From a bacterium (GTDB lineage: Bacteria; JADJOY01), in the NCBI GenBank assembly GCA_046331705.1, contig JAXLQJ010000009.1:1-64000 (forward strand): a stretch of 64,000 nucleotides of DNA, in the 5' to 3' direction. Position numbers and translations under genes: made by a program. Of the stretch, positions 9,181 through 18,667 are shown in pieces. Every line of letters starts with the position of its first letter. Position 1 is the stretch's first letter. The notes under the pieces are model-generated. The model did no database searches, was not told the origin of the DNA, and worked only from the letters and a program-made list of their open reading frames with translations.

Positions 9181-11706
9181 CTACCCAGGCGCTTCTCGCG
9201 ACGGCAAGGACGGTGTGCCCGCGCGCGAGGCTGGTCGCGCGGTTGCGCGGACTCGCCCCGCCCAGCGCGCGCCCAAGCCGGCGAGCAGCGCCGACGCGAG
9301 GCTGAGCGCGAGCGATGGCCAGAGCCACGGCGGGCGATAGTGGAAATGCACCTCGTGCTCGCCAGCGGGCACGAAGAGCCCGAGCAGGGCGCCGTCGGCG
9401 CGCTCGATCGCCGCGGGAGCGCCGTCGATTCGCGCGCGCCAACCCGGATAGTCGCTCTCGGCGACCACCAAGAAGCCCGGCGCGCTTCCCCTCACGCGCA
9501 GCAGCAGATCGCCGTCGTCGCGAGCAAGCCACTCGACGCTGCGGGCGGCGGGCGCCGTGTCCAGCGCAGGCGCGCTGCCGGCGCCGCGCGCGCGCGCGAC
9601 GAGCACGACGTCGTGGCGCGGATCGAAGTCGTCCGCTGCCAGCCGATCCCACACGTCTTCCGGGCGGGCGACGTAGACGACGCGGTCGAGCACCTGCGCG
9701 CGCGGCACCGCGCGCGGGTTCTCGAAGAGCGTCAGCCTGTCGTTACGGGCCACGGGCACGAGGGCCTCGTATCCCAGCGCGTCGGGCGCGATCCGCAGCG
9801 CGCCGGGATCCGCCACGGACACCGCCTCGGGTGGTGCGAGGAGCCAGCGCACGTTGAGCAGGTCCAGCATCCGCCGATCGCGCGGGAAGCCCTGCGCGAA
9901 GATCATTCCTTGGTTCGCGAGCCGGTTGGTGGTCTCGAGCCCGTAGCTGCCCCACTGCAGCGCGTCGAGCCCAGCGAGGCTGCCAGCGTGCATGAAGCTC
10001 TGGGCGTACTGATCGATGCCTGCGTAGTGCTCGCGAACGCGTTCCGGCGCCGGCGTGGCGAGCGGCGCGAGAGTCGTGGCGTAGCGCGACGGCTCGCGAT
10101 CGGAGCGCATGGCGGTGATCAGCTCGCCGGGCGCCGCCAGCGCGTCGGGAGCGACGTGGAAGAGAAACCGTCGTTCGAACGCACCCGCGTCGACGAAGAC
10201 CAGCATCAGCAACAGCGCGGCGCGCCAGCGCGCCCCCAGCCTTGGCAGCACCGCGAGCGACATCGCCACGCCGAGCCCCGCGACCAACCCACGCGCGAGC
10301 GCCGCCTGGCTGTGCGCGAACGCGGTGCCGATCCACGTCTCCATCGGCTGAGCCTGCGCCGCCACCGCGCGCATCGGGTCCGCCTGCGCCGCGTCGAAGA
10401 TCGCCCGCCAGCCAACGGGAAAGGCGTCGTCGCTGCCGATCGTCGTGCACGCGGCGATCGCGCACGCGACGCCCACCAGTCCCCATGCGGCGCGCCGCGC
10501 CGTGCGCCACGCGGCCGCGTCGCGCTCGGCCTCGATCAGCTCCGCGACCCCGAGCGCAGCGGCGCCGGCGAAAGCGAGCGCCGCGAGCCCGAGCCAGCGG
10601 GCCGGGAAATGAAACGCGGCGACGCCGGGCAGCAGACGCCACGCGCGCGCCAGCCCGGCCAGGTGCTCGCCGAGCGCCAGCGCCACGGCGCCGAGCGCCA
10701 CCGCGCCGAGCGCGCGTGCCGGCGCGCGCCGCGACCCGCTCAGCCCGACGGGCACCGCGACCAGCACCGCCCAACCGAGGTACGGGTTGAGAAACGACTG
10801 CAGGAAATGGCCCCAGTAGTACGCCGTCGCTTCATCGCCGAAGAAGCCGGGGAAGAGCGCGGCGACCAGCTGGCGGGGCGGCAGCGCGCCGAGCGAAGCC
10901 AGCGCCGACGGCAGCTCGCCCGCGCCGCCGACGTGCCGCCGATACTCGAGCCAGGAAGCCACCTGCGGCGCGGCGATGCCCACACCGACGACGACCATCA
11001 CGCCGAAGCGGCTCGCCAGCGTCATCCACGGCAGCCCCGAGCGCGCCTGTCCGCGCCGGATCGCCAGGTACGCCGACGACGCGAGCAGCGCCTGCGCCGT
11101 GGCGAAAGGCTGGCCCGCGAGCACCGAAAGCCCCACGACCGCGGCCCCGCCGAACGCGGCTCGCCAGCGCGCACGGGTGACGATGGCTTCCGTCGCGAGC
11201 CACAGCCAGGGAATCCAGGCCCACGCGAACGTTTGCGCGCGCCCGCCGAGGAGCACCGAGCCGACCACCGGCCCGGCAACGAGCGCTGCGCTGCCCGCGA
11301 AGAGCTGGGCTCCGCGTGCGGCGCCCAAGCGGCGCACCAGCGCCGCCGCGCCGAGCGCCAAGAGCCACAGATGGGCCACCAGCACGACGTCCATCGCCTG
11401 ACCGTGCGCGAGCCAGAGGTGCGGGAACGCCAGGGGATAGAAGACTCCCGTCGTGCCCTGCGCCGGAAACGGAAACCCGGCACCCACGTGGCCGTTCCAC
11501 AGTGCCGATCGCAAGGCGGCGTAGCGCTCCCACACCCACGACTCCCAGAAGTAGTGCTCGCCGACGGTGTCCCAGCCGAACACCATCCCGCCCGGCCGAA
11601 GCGCCGGCGCCAGGAACGCGACCACGATCCCCAGCAAGAGCGTCGCCGTCACCGCGAACGAGCCGCGGGGTGTGGCGGGCGCGGGGGTTTCGCCGCGCGC
11701 GCTCAC
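9181..11706 (-). CDS. YfhO-family (GT-C-like) membrane protein (841 aa)
   Basis: GTG at 11706 (GTGA overlap). GWDTVGEHY, LWNGHVGAGFPF...FYP, FHFPARW and C-terminal YPGWRARIDG...VPAGEHEVHFHYRP. Confidence 0.88.
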   Translation of the reverse strand: MSARGETPAPATPRGSFAVTATLLLGIVVAFLAPALRPGGMVFGWDTVGEHYFWESWVWERYAALRSALWNGHVGAGFPFPAQGTTGVFYPLAFPHLWLAHGQAMDVVLVAHLWLLALGAAALVRRLGAARGAQLFAGSAALVAGPVVGSVLLGGRAQTFAWAWIPWLWLATEAIVTRARWRAAFGGAAVVGLSVLAGQPFATAQALLASSAYLAIRRGQARSGLPWMTLASRFGVMVVVGVGIAAPQVASWLEYRRHVGGAGELPSALASLGALPPRQLVAALFPGFFGDEATAYYWGHFLQSFLNPYLGWAVLVAVPVGLSGSRRAPARALGAVALGAVALALGEHLAGLARAWRLLPGVAAFHFPARWLGLAALAFAGAAALGVAELIEAERDAAAWRTARRAAWGLVGVACAIAACTTIGSDDAFPVGWRAIFDAAQADPMRAVAAQAQPMETWIGTAFAHSQAALARGLVAGLGVAMSLAVLPRLGARWRAALLLMLVFVDAGAFERRFLFHVAPDALAAPGELITAMRSDREPSRYATTLAPLATPAPERVREHYAGIDQYAQSFMHAGSLAGLDALQWGSYGLETTNRLANQGMIFAQGFPRDRRMLDLLNVRWLLAPPEAVSVADPGALRIAPDALGYEALVPVARNDRLTLFENPRAVPRAQVLDRVVYVARPEDVWDRLAADDFDPRHDVVLVARARGAGSAPALDTAPAARSVEWLARDDGDLLLRVRGSAPGFLVVAESDYPGWRARIDGAPAAIERADGALLGLFVPAGEHEVHFHYRPPWLWPSLALSLASALLAGLGARWAGRVRATARPASRAGTPSLPSREAPG

Positions 11707-13604
11707 GGAGCGAGCCTGAGCTCGAGCGCGCGCGGCGGCGCGACGACGCGCACGAACGGCACCGGATCGTCGCCGATCCAAACGGGCTCCACGGTGCCGC
11801 TCGGAACGGCAACCATTCCGTCCGCCCAGTGGTAGCGCAGCACGATCTGGCCATCCGCAGGCTCGACATCGGCGAGCTCGAGCGCGCCCCAGCGGGCGTT
11901 CACACGCCCGCGTCCCTCTTCGAAGCTCGAGGCTTCGCGCGCCACCTCGTAGAGCCGGAAGCGGCCGCGCTCGCCCACCGGCTTCACGTAGGGCACCAGC
12001 GCATCCAAGGCGGCGCGGCTCTCGCCGTGCCAGGCGGCGATCGCGGTGACGTCGTAGAGCTCGAGATCCCGCCGCAGCCGCTCCGGCGAGAGCTCCGCCA
12101 AGCGGGCGCCGAAGGCCTCGCCGGCGGTGAAGCTCGCGAAGCGATGACGAAGGCGGATCCAGGGTGTGGGTCCACCGATCAGCTCCCGCTCGGTCTCGAG
12201 GGCGAGCGGCCCGAGCGCGTAGCTTCCGTCGTACGGGCCCGGATCGTCGCTGCCGATCCACGCATCCTCGACCATGAGCCGGCCGCGCGGCGGCGCTTCG
12301 TTCCGGATCCAGTCGGCGAGCAGCGTGATGCTCGGTGGCGGCACGTCGCTCGGGCGCGCGCGCGCCACGAACCAGGCATAGCTCGGCAGCTCGGCGAGCC
12401 CGACCACGCCCGCCACCACCGCGATCGCCACCAGCCGGCGATGGCGCCGCGGAGCGCATGCGATCGCATCAGCGAGGCTCGCGAGCGCCACCGTGGCGGG
12501 GACCACCCAGAGCAGACGATACGCGAGCACGTAGCGAAACGGCTCGAACGCCGCGATGCCCGCGATCCACGAGCCGTAGAAAGCGATCCCCCCACACCAC
12601 GCGATGCTCGCCGCCAGGACCCGCGCGAGGCGCGGCTCACGCCAGCGCGCGAAGCCCAAGACGCCCGCGACGAGCACCGTGTCGCGGGCGAGCCAGCTGC
12701 CCCACAGCCGGCGTCCCAGCGCGGCGCCGGCGTCGAAGCCGTCGAAGCCCGCCACCGGCGTCAGGACCTCGCGCAACGGTCGGAGCAGGTCGTGCTGCAA
12801 CCAGAGCGGCCAGGGCACGGCGCTTCGCCAGTGGGCGAAGCGCAGCATCGGGCCGATCCACCACCCGTTCACCAGCAACGTCGCCGCGACGCCGCCGACC
12901 ACCAGCGCCAGCGCACGGCGCGGCGCGCCGCTGCCGAACGCGAGCAACGTCACGGCGATCGGCACCGGCAACAGCAAGACCGCGCCCTTGTGCACGAGCG
13001 TCGCGACCGCGCTCGCCACCACGAAGCCCACCGCGCCGCGCCTCCGGCCACGCGCCAGATACGCGTAGGCACCGGCGAGCGCGGCGAGGAGCCAGACGCT
13101 GACGTAACCGCCCACGATCGGGCCGGCCGCGCGAAAGAGCTCGAGCTCGGAGGTCGCGAGCAAGCCGACCGCCACCCAGGTGCCGAGCAGCGCTGCGCGG
13201 CGCGGAAAGCCGAAGCCGCGCAGCGACGCTCCCACGACGAGCGGAATCGACGCCCAGCAGCCGATCACGCCGAAGCGCACCCACTGCCCCGCCGTCACCG
13301 CCGGAAAGAGCGCGGCGGCGTACACGTGGGAGACGAGGTTGTGCTCCAGGAACGCGAACGGATAACCGGCGGCGAAGTGCGGCTCGTAGCCCCACGATCG
13401 GCCCGTGGTGGCGTGAATACGCCGTCCCGCCTCGACGAGCTCGGCGGAGATCGCGTGCTCCATCGTCCAGCTCGTGGCCGGCGAGGTCAGGTGATCGGCG
13501 TACGGCAGCGCGGCGCGCGCTCCCAGGAGCACGGCCAGGAACGCGAGGTGGGCGACCCACGCAGCGGGACCGATCGGTGCGGCGGCGGATGGGGCGCGTT
13601 CCAT
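11703..13604 (-). CDS. GT-C-like multi-pass membrane protein, YfhO/'PTPS-related membrane domain'-like (633 aa)
   Basis: ATG at 13604. WGYEPHFAAGYP matches the W-N-P-x3-G-x-P loop of the neighbouring YfhO proteins; also many TMs, FEPFRY and a periplasmic tail VLRYHW. Confidence 0.7.
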   Translation of the reverse strand: MERAPSAAAPIGPAAWVAHLAFLAVLLGARAALPYADHLTSPATSWTMEHAISAELVEAGRRIHATTGRSWGYEPHFAAGYPFAFLEHNLVSHVYAAALFPAVTAGQWVRFGVIGCWASIPLVVGASLRGFGFPRRAALLGTWVAVGLLATSELELFRAAGPIVGGYVSVWLLAALAGAYAYLARGRRRGAVGFVVASAVATLVHKGAVLLLPVPIAVTLLAFGSGAPRRALALVVGGVAATLLVNGWWIGPMLRFAHWRSAVPWPLWLQHDLLRPLREVLTPVAGFDGFDAGAALGRRLWGSWLARDTVLVAGVLGFARWREPRLARVLAASIAWCGGIAFYGSWIAGIAAFEPFRYVLAYRLLWVVPATVALASLADAIACAPRRHRRLVAIAVVAGVVGLAELPSYAWFVARARPSDVPPPSITLLADWIRNEAPPRGRLMVEDAWIGSDDPGPYDGSYALGPLALETERELIGGPTPWIRLRHRFASFTAGEAFGARLAELSPERLRRDLELYDVTAIAAWHGESRAALDALVPYVKPVGERGRFRLYEVAREASSFEEGRGRVNARWGALELADVEPADGQIVLRYHWADGMVAVPSGTVEPVWIGDDPVPFVRVVAPPRALELRLAP

Positions 13605-13793
13605 GACGAGGTGTCGCCGCCCGGCCTCGCGAGGCGGCGCGCGCGGGTCACGGTAGGAAACGGGCAGCGCTCGCGGCAAGTCGGCGGCGCAGTCGGCGAC
13701 ACGCGTTGCGCGTGCGTTCGCGCCCCGGATCACGATAAGAAGCACTCGCGGTGAAGCCACCGGCCAACTCGATCGCTCTCGTTCCCGACTCGC

Positions 13794-16196
13794 GTGTCGC
13801 GCTCCTCGCCCGTGTCCGCACCCGTCCGCGTCGCGGCCGCGCTCGCGCCCGTGCTGCTGCCAGCGCTGCTGCTCGGCCCCGCGCTGGTTCGCGGTGAGCT
13901 GATCTACGGATTCGACACGCTGGGCGAGCTCTACCCCTGGTGGAGCTGGGCCTGGAAAGAGATGGCGCGAGGTGTTTGGCCCCACTGGAACCCGTACGTG
14001 ATGTGTGGCTTGCCCTTTCACGGCCTCGCGGTGGTCTCGCTCGCCTACCCGCTGTCGCTCGCGAACCTCGTGCTCGACGTGCCGCGTGCGATCACCCTGT
14101 GGTGGCTCGTGCACTCGGCTCTCGCCGGCGGCTTCACGCAACGCTTCGCTCGGGCACTCGGCGCTTCGCCCGCGGCCGCCGCGCTCGCAGGCGTCACCTA
14201 CGGCGCCTCCGAGGCGCTGATGAGCCGCATCGCCGCAGGCGAGCTACCGCAGCTCGCGGTCGTGACCTGGGTGCCGGCGCTGCTGTGGATCATCGAGTCG
14301 GGGATCGCCAGCGGCAGCGCGCTCACCTTGCTTTCCGCCGCGGCGCCCATCGCGCTCATGCTGCTCGCCGGACACCTCCAGTACGTGGCCTATGGCTCGC
14401 TCGTGGCGGCGACGTACGCGGTGGCGCGACTCGCTGCCGATCGCGCGCGGCGACGGCAGCGTGCATCGTGGCTCGCCCTGGCGGGAGCCTGGATGCTCGG
14501 GCTCGCGCTGGCGGCGCACCAAGTGCTACCGACGCTCGATGCCATCTCCGAATCGCACCGAGCGTGGGGGCTGGCGCGACGCGAGGACCCCGGGATCCTG
14601 CTCACGCCGCGCAGCCTCAGCCGCCTGCTGGTCCCGGATCTCCTCGGCAACGAATACCGCGGCGGCTACGTGGGCGACACGGTGGGCGGCCAGGTGCCGC
14701 TCTACGTCGGCATCCTCCCCCTGGTGCTCGCGGGCTGCGCGATCGCGCTGCGGGCCCGGCATGCGTCACGGCTCGCGCTGATCGCGCTGGCCAGTCTCGT
14801 CTTCGCGTTCGGATCGCGGCTGCCGCTCGCGCCGGCGCTCGAGTGGCTGGTGCCGCCGCTACGGGGGTTTCGCATCCCGAGCCGGATGCTGGTCATCGGT
14901 GCGCTGCCGCTCGCTGTGCTCGCGGGGCTCGGGCTCGACGCGATCCGGTGCGTGGGTGCGCTCGCCGCTCCACGCCGGGCTGCGCTGGGCGCGCTCGCCG
15001 GGCTCGGCCTCGTCACCGCCGCGCTGCTCGCGCTGATCGCGGCGAGCGAGCCCTGGGCGACACGCGTGTGGCGCGCGTGGGTTCCCGACGTGGGTCTCCA
15101 CCGCTCGCCCGAGGCCTTGGCCGCGGCCCTCGCGGTGGCGCGCGCGGGCTGCCTGCGCGCGGGCCTGCTCGTGATCGTGAGCGGAGCGTGCGTGGTGTGG
15201 TTGGGGCGCGCGCGCGCGGGTGCCAGCAGGCGCGCCGCGACGTTGGCGGCGCTCACGCTCACCGCCATCGACCTCGGCGTCGGCGCACGCGACTGGATTC
15301 GGCCGCTGCCGCCGGAGCTCGGCCGCATGGCCACGGCGATCGATCCGCTGATCGGTGCCGCGGGGGAGCCATCGGATCCCGCGGGTGCTCGGGTGCTGGC
15401 GCGCGTCGCGCATCGCAGCGAACCGATTCCGGAGACGTTCCTGACGAGCTACGGGATCGGCGACGAGTCGGGAGAGATCGTGCCCAACTGGCTCGCGGCT
15501 CGCGACCTGCGCACCGTGACCGGCGAGATCGGGCTGATCCCCGCACGGACGGTGCTCTTCACCGGCAACGCCGGACGCTATCGGATCGCCGGCGTGGAGC
15601 ACGAAGCGCGGCTCGACCTGCTGGGTGTGACACGCGTCGTCACCGATCCTGAACCGGGTTCGATCGCCGTCGCGCGGCGCCAGCGCGCGCTGCCCCTCGT
15701 GGCGCTCGCTTCGCGCGTGCGACGCGTCGCGAGCGCGGACGCGGCGCTCGCGCAGCTCGATGCGGCCCCGGGAGGATCGATCGATCCGCGCCAGGAGGCG
15801 CTGGTCGAGAGCGGAGCGCCGCTCGGCGACCTCGAGCGCGCCGAGCTCTCGGCGGTGCCAGGCACCGCCGCCGTGGGCACCGCCGCCGTGCTGACGCTCG
15901 ATACGCAGCAGCTCACCGTCGCCGTGGATGCCGCGCGCCCCGCGCTGCTCGTGGTCCTCGATCCCTACGATCCACGCTGGCGAGCGACGGTCGACGGTGC
16001 GACGACGCCGATCCTCCCGACCCAGCTCATGTTCCGCGGCGTGCCGGTGCCCGCCGGGCACCACCTGGTGCGCATGCGCTACGTGCCGCGTCCGTTTCAG
16101 CTGGGCGTCGCGCTCACGTCGACCGCGGCGGCGACGACGTTGCTCGCGGGCGCGCTGCGAAGGCGTTTCGAGCGAGGATCGCGAGTGCCATCATGA
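13794..16196 (+). CDS. YfhO-family (GT-C-like) membrane protein (about 800 aa)
   Basis: GFDTLGELY, HWNPYVMCGLP...AYP, LLAGHLQY, FRIPSR and C-terminal YDPRWRATVDG...VPVPAGHHLVRMRYVP. Confidence 0.88.
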   Translation: MSRSSPVSAPVRVAAALAPVLLPALLLGPALVRGELIYGFDTLGELYPWWSWAWKEMARGVWPHWNPYVMCGLPFHGLAVVSLAYPLSLANLVLDVPRAITLWWLVHSALAGGFTQRFARALGASPAAAALAGVTYGASEALMSRIAAGELPQLAVVTWVPALLWIIESGIASGSALTLLSAAAPIALMLLAGHLQYVAYGSLVAATYAVARLAADRARRRQRASWLALAGAWMLGLALAAHQVLPTLDAISESHRAWGLARREDPGILLTPRSLSRLLVPDLLGNEYRGGYVGDTVGGQVPLYVGILPLVLAGCAIALRARHASRLALIALASLVFAFGSRLPLAPALEWLVPPLRGFRIPSRMLVIGALPLAVLAGLGLDAIRCVGALAAPRRAALGALAGLGLVTAALLALIAASEPWATRVWRAWVPDVGLHRSPEALAAALAVARAGCLRAGLLVIVSGACVVWLGRARAGASRRAATLAALTLTAIDLGVGARDWIRPLPPELGRMATAIDPLIGAAGEPSDPAGARVLARVAHRSEPIPETFLTSYGIGDESGEIVPNWLAARDLRTVTGEIGLIPARTVLFTGNAGRYRIAGVEHEARLDLLGVTRVVTDPEPGSIAVARRQRALPLVALASRVRRVASADAALAQLDAAPGGSIDPRQEALVESGAPLGDLERAELSAVPGTAAVGTAAVLTLDTQQLTVAVDAARPALLVVLDPYDPRWRATVDGATTPILPTQLMFRGVPVPAGHHLVRMRYVPRPFQLGVALTSTAAATTLLAGALRRRFERGSRVPS

Positions 16197-16983
16197 GGCC
16201 CGCCATCCACGGCACCGACGCCTTGCCGGCGCCGAGGAACGCGCCAGCGTCGCTCGTCAGCACCGCACGTCCCGCGGCGTGCGCCGCGAGCGCCAGCCCC
16301 GCGAGCACGCCGAGCGCCGTCCAGATCGTGCCGCGGGCCGGGCGCAGTCGCTGAGCGATCGCCGCGGCGAGCGGCGCGGCACCCACCACGGCGAGCTTCC
16401 GCCACGCGGCGGCCTCGCCGCCGCCGACGGCCCACGCCGTGAGGCCGATCAGCGACGCGACCTCGATCGCGTGGGGAATCAAGCGCTCCACGAGATCTCG
16501 CCGCGAGGTGTGCTTGCCCGCGGGCCGATCGCGCTCGTCGGGGAAGAGCCGCGGGAACGTGATGCGCGTATCCACCAGCCAGCACGCGGTGGTGGTGATC
16601 GCGATCGCCACCGCCAGCGCCAGAAGCTCGACCAGCGCCGCGCTCTCGCGCGCGGGGTCGAGCGCGCCGAGCGTGGCGCCGTGGCGAACGGCGTCCGGCG
16701 GAAGCCACGACGCCAGCACCCACGACAGACCGAGCGCCGCGAGCGGCAGTCCGGGCACGTGATTGCCGGCGATCGCCGGCGCGCTCACACCCGCGACCAG
16801 CGCGCCCAGCCACAGCCCCGCGACGTCGCGAACGGCGAGCGCCAGGTCGTCGCCGAGGAACGAGTCCCACGGCCGCGCCGCGTCGCCACGCACGATGCTG
16901 GTCGCCAGGCCTGCCGCGGCGGCGGCGAGGACGAGCGCGGCGACACGTCGCGTGCGTCGAGGCGCGGGAACGGAGACGGTCAT
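16114..16983 (-). CDS. Hypothetical multi-pass membrane protein (289 aa)
   Basis: ATG start and about 7-8 hydrophobic segments. The 3' end overlaps the convergent YfhO gene by 83 bp. Confidence 0.65.
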   Translation of the reverse strand: MTVSVPAPRRTRRVAALVLAAAAAGLATSIVRGDAARPWDSFLGDDLALAVRDVAGLWLGALVAGVSAPAIAGNHVPGLPLAALGLSWVLASWLPPDAVRHGATLGALDPARESAALVELLALAVAIAITTTACWLVDTRITFPRLFPDERDRPAGKHTSRRDLVERLIPHAIEVASLIGLTAWAVGGGEAAAWRKLAVVGAAPLAAAIAQRLRPARGTIWTALGVLAGLALAAHAAGRAVLTSDAGAFLGAGKASVPWMAGLMMALAILARNAFAARPRATSSPPRST

Positions 16984-17165
16984 TCGGTGGCGCCGACGAG
17001 CGGTGCTCGGCTGCGAGTGCCGCGCAGCATGAAGGCTGTCTCGCAGCCGCGCAACTCGAGGTAGGCCCGCCGCCGCCCCGGGCGCCCCTTTCTTCCGGTC
17101 GGTGCCATCGCTAGCTTGCGGCGACTCGCGGGCCCATCGACCGGGACCGGAGCACGAGGAGCGAG

Positions 17166-18584
17166 ATGAACGCCGTCAGCGTGGGACGAAACGACCCCTG
17201 CCCGTGCGGGTCGGGAAAGAAGTACAAGAAGTGCTGCCTCGCCCGGGACGAGGAAACGCGCCGCGAAGCCGAGCGCGAGCACCAGCACCACCACGTCTGC
17301 GACGATCCGAGCCACGATCACGGAGATCCCGGTGACGACGGCGGGCACGATCACGCGCACCATCACGATCATCACCACGACCATCACCACGATCACGAGC
17401 ACTGCGATCACGACCACTCGCACGACGACGAGCTCGAGACCGACGAGGAGTCCGAGCCCGACCCGATCTGGGATGCGCTCGACGATCAGCCCCTCGACCG
17501 CCGCGTCGAGCTCGTCCTCGAGCGCCTGCGCGAATCGCCGCCGATCGATCCCGACCAAGGACTCGAGCTGCTCCAGGACATCGGCATCGAGCTGCTGCAA
17601 GCCGGGCGCGGCGCCGACCTCGAGCGTCTCCTCGACGAGGCGGCGGCGCACCAATCCGACCTGGCGCGCGAGATGGGTACCTTCGATCGCACGCTGCGCG
17701 CGTGGATCTCGCTCGCGCGCGACGACGACGCACCGCTGCTCGACGCCGCCGCGCACGCCAACGAGGATCCCGACGAGCTCCTGCGGCTTCTCGACGCGTT
17801 CCGCTACCACGGCCGTCTCGCCGCCGTCGAGCGGGCCTCGGTGATCGCCCTGGCCCACGAGGAACAGGCCGACGACGAGTCCGCGCTGGTCCTCGAGCTG
17901 CGCGAGATCGCGGCCCAGGCCGCGATCGCGGCGGCCCTCGATGCCGACCCCGATCTCGATCCCAACGGCCCCGACCTGGCGGCGCGCCTGGGACAGTTCG
18001 GGCCGGTGGACACTGGATTTCTCGCGGAGCTGATCCAGCGCCGCACCGGTCGCGGCATCGCGCCGCTCACGCTCGCCGAGCTGCTCGCCGTCACCACCGT
18101 GGACGAGGCCGAGCAGGCCACCTTCCTGCTCTCCCTCGAGCTCTGCGGCCAGCTCGTCCGCACCCACGGCTGGTCGCGCGCCCGCGCCGAGATGGCGCGC
18201 GCCGAGGTCACGAGCTACCTCACCGAGCGCATGCTCGAGCTCGCGGGTCCGCGCGGGCGCGGCGCCAAGCAGGCGCTGCGCGGCGTCCCGAAGCGCGCGG
18301 GCTACCTGATCCCGGACGCGCGCAGCTCGGCGGCGTACCTCGAGGTGACCGCGGATCCCGTCGTCGGGTCGCTCCACCGCTCGGTGGCTTTGCTGATGGC
18401 GCTCCCTGCGTGGCTCGAGCTGCTGGTGAGCAACTCCGTGCTGCCTGCCGAGGAAGCGAGCGCGCTCGCGACGGGGATCCGCGACGCCGCCCGTCACCTG
18501 GTCGAGGAATACACGGCGTATTGCGAGGATCCGCGGGTGATCGCGGATTTCGAGGCCGCGGTCGCCGCTTCGGCGCGGGCCTGA
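17166..18584 (+). CDS. SEC-C motif protein with His/Asp-rich segment (472 aa)
   Basis: [19 protein letters not shown] at the N-terminus, then a His-rich tract and an acidic helical domain. GAGGAG Shine-Dalgarno upstream. Confidence 0.9.
   Translation: MNAVSVGRNDPCPCGSGKKYKKCCLARDEETRREAEREHQHHHVCDDPSHDHGDPGDDGGHDHAHHHDHHHDHHHDHEHCDHDHSHDDELETDEESEPDPIWDALDDQPLDRRVELVLERLRESPPIDPDQGLELLQDIGIELLQAGRGADLERLLDEAAAHQSDLAREMGTFDRTLRAWISLARDDDAPLLDAAAHANEDPDELLRLLDAFRYHGRLAAVERASVIALAHEEQADDESALVLELREIAAQAAIAAALDADPDLDPNGPDLAARLGQFGPVDTGFLAELIQRRTGRGIAPLTLAELLAVTTVDEAEQATFLLSLELCGQLVRTHGWSRARAEMARAEVTSYLTERMLELAGPRGRGAKQALRGVPKRAGYLIPDARSSAAYLEVTADPVVGSLHRSVALLMALPAWLELLVSNSVLPAEEASALATGIRDAARHLVEEYTAYCEDPRVIADFEAAVAASARA
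17358..17393 (+). repeat. Imperfect 12-bp tandem repeat x3 encoding (HHHD)3
   Basis: caccatcacgat-catcaccacgac-catcaccacgat, inside the SEC-C gene. Confidence 0.75.
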
Positions 18585-18667
18585 GCCCATCGTTTGCGCG
18601 GCCGCGCGCCGTTCTTCGATACTGGCGCTCGCCCCGCCCGCCGCGAATCGCCCGAGCCACGAGCCTC

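Noticed and set aside
17280-17430. Repetitive CAC/GAT-rich DNA as a possible CRISPR or non-coding repeat array
   Set aside because: It is the in-frame His/Asp coding tract, with no repeat-spacer structure and no cas genes.
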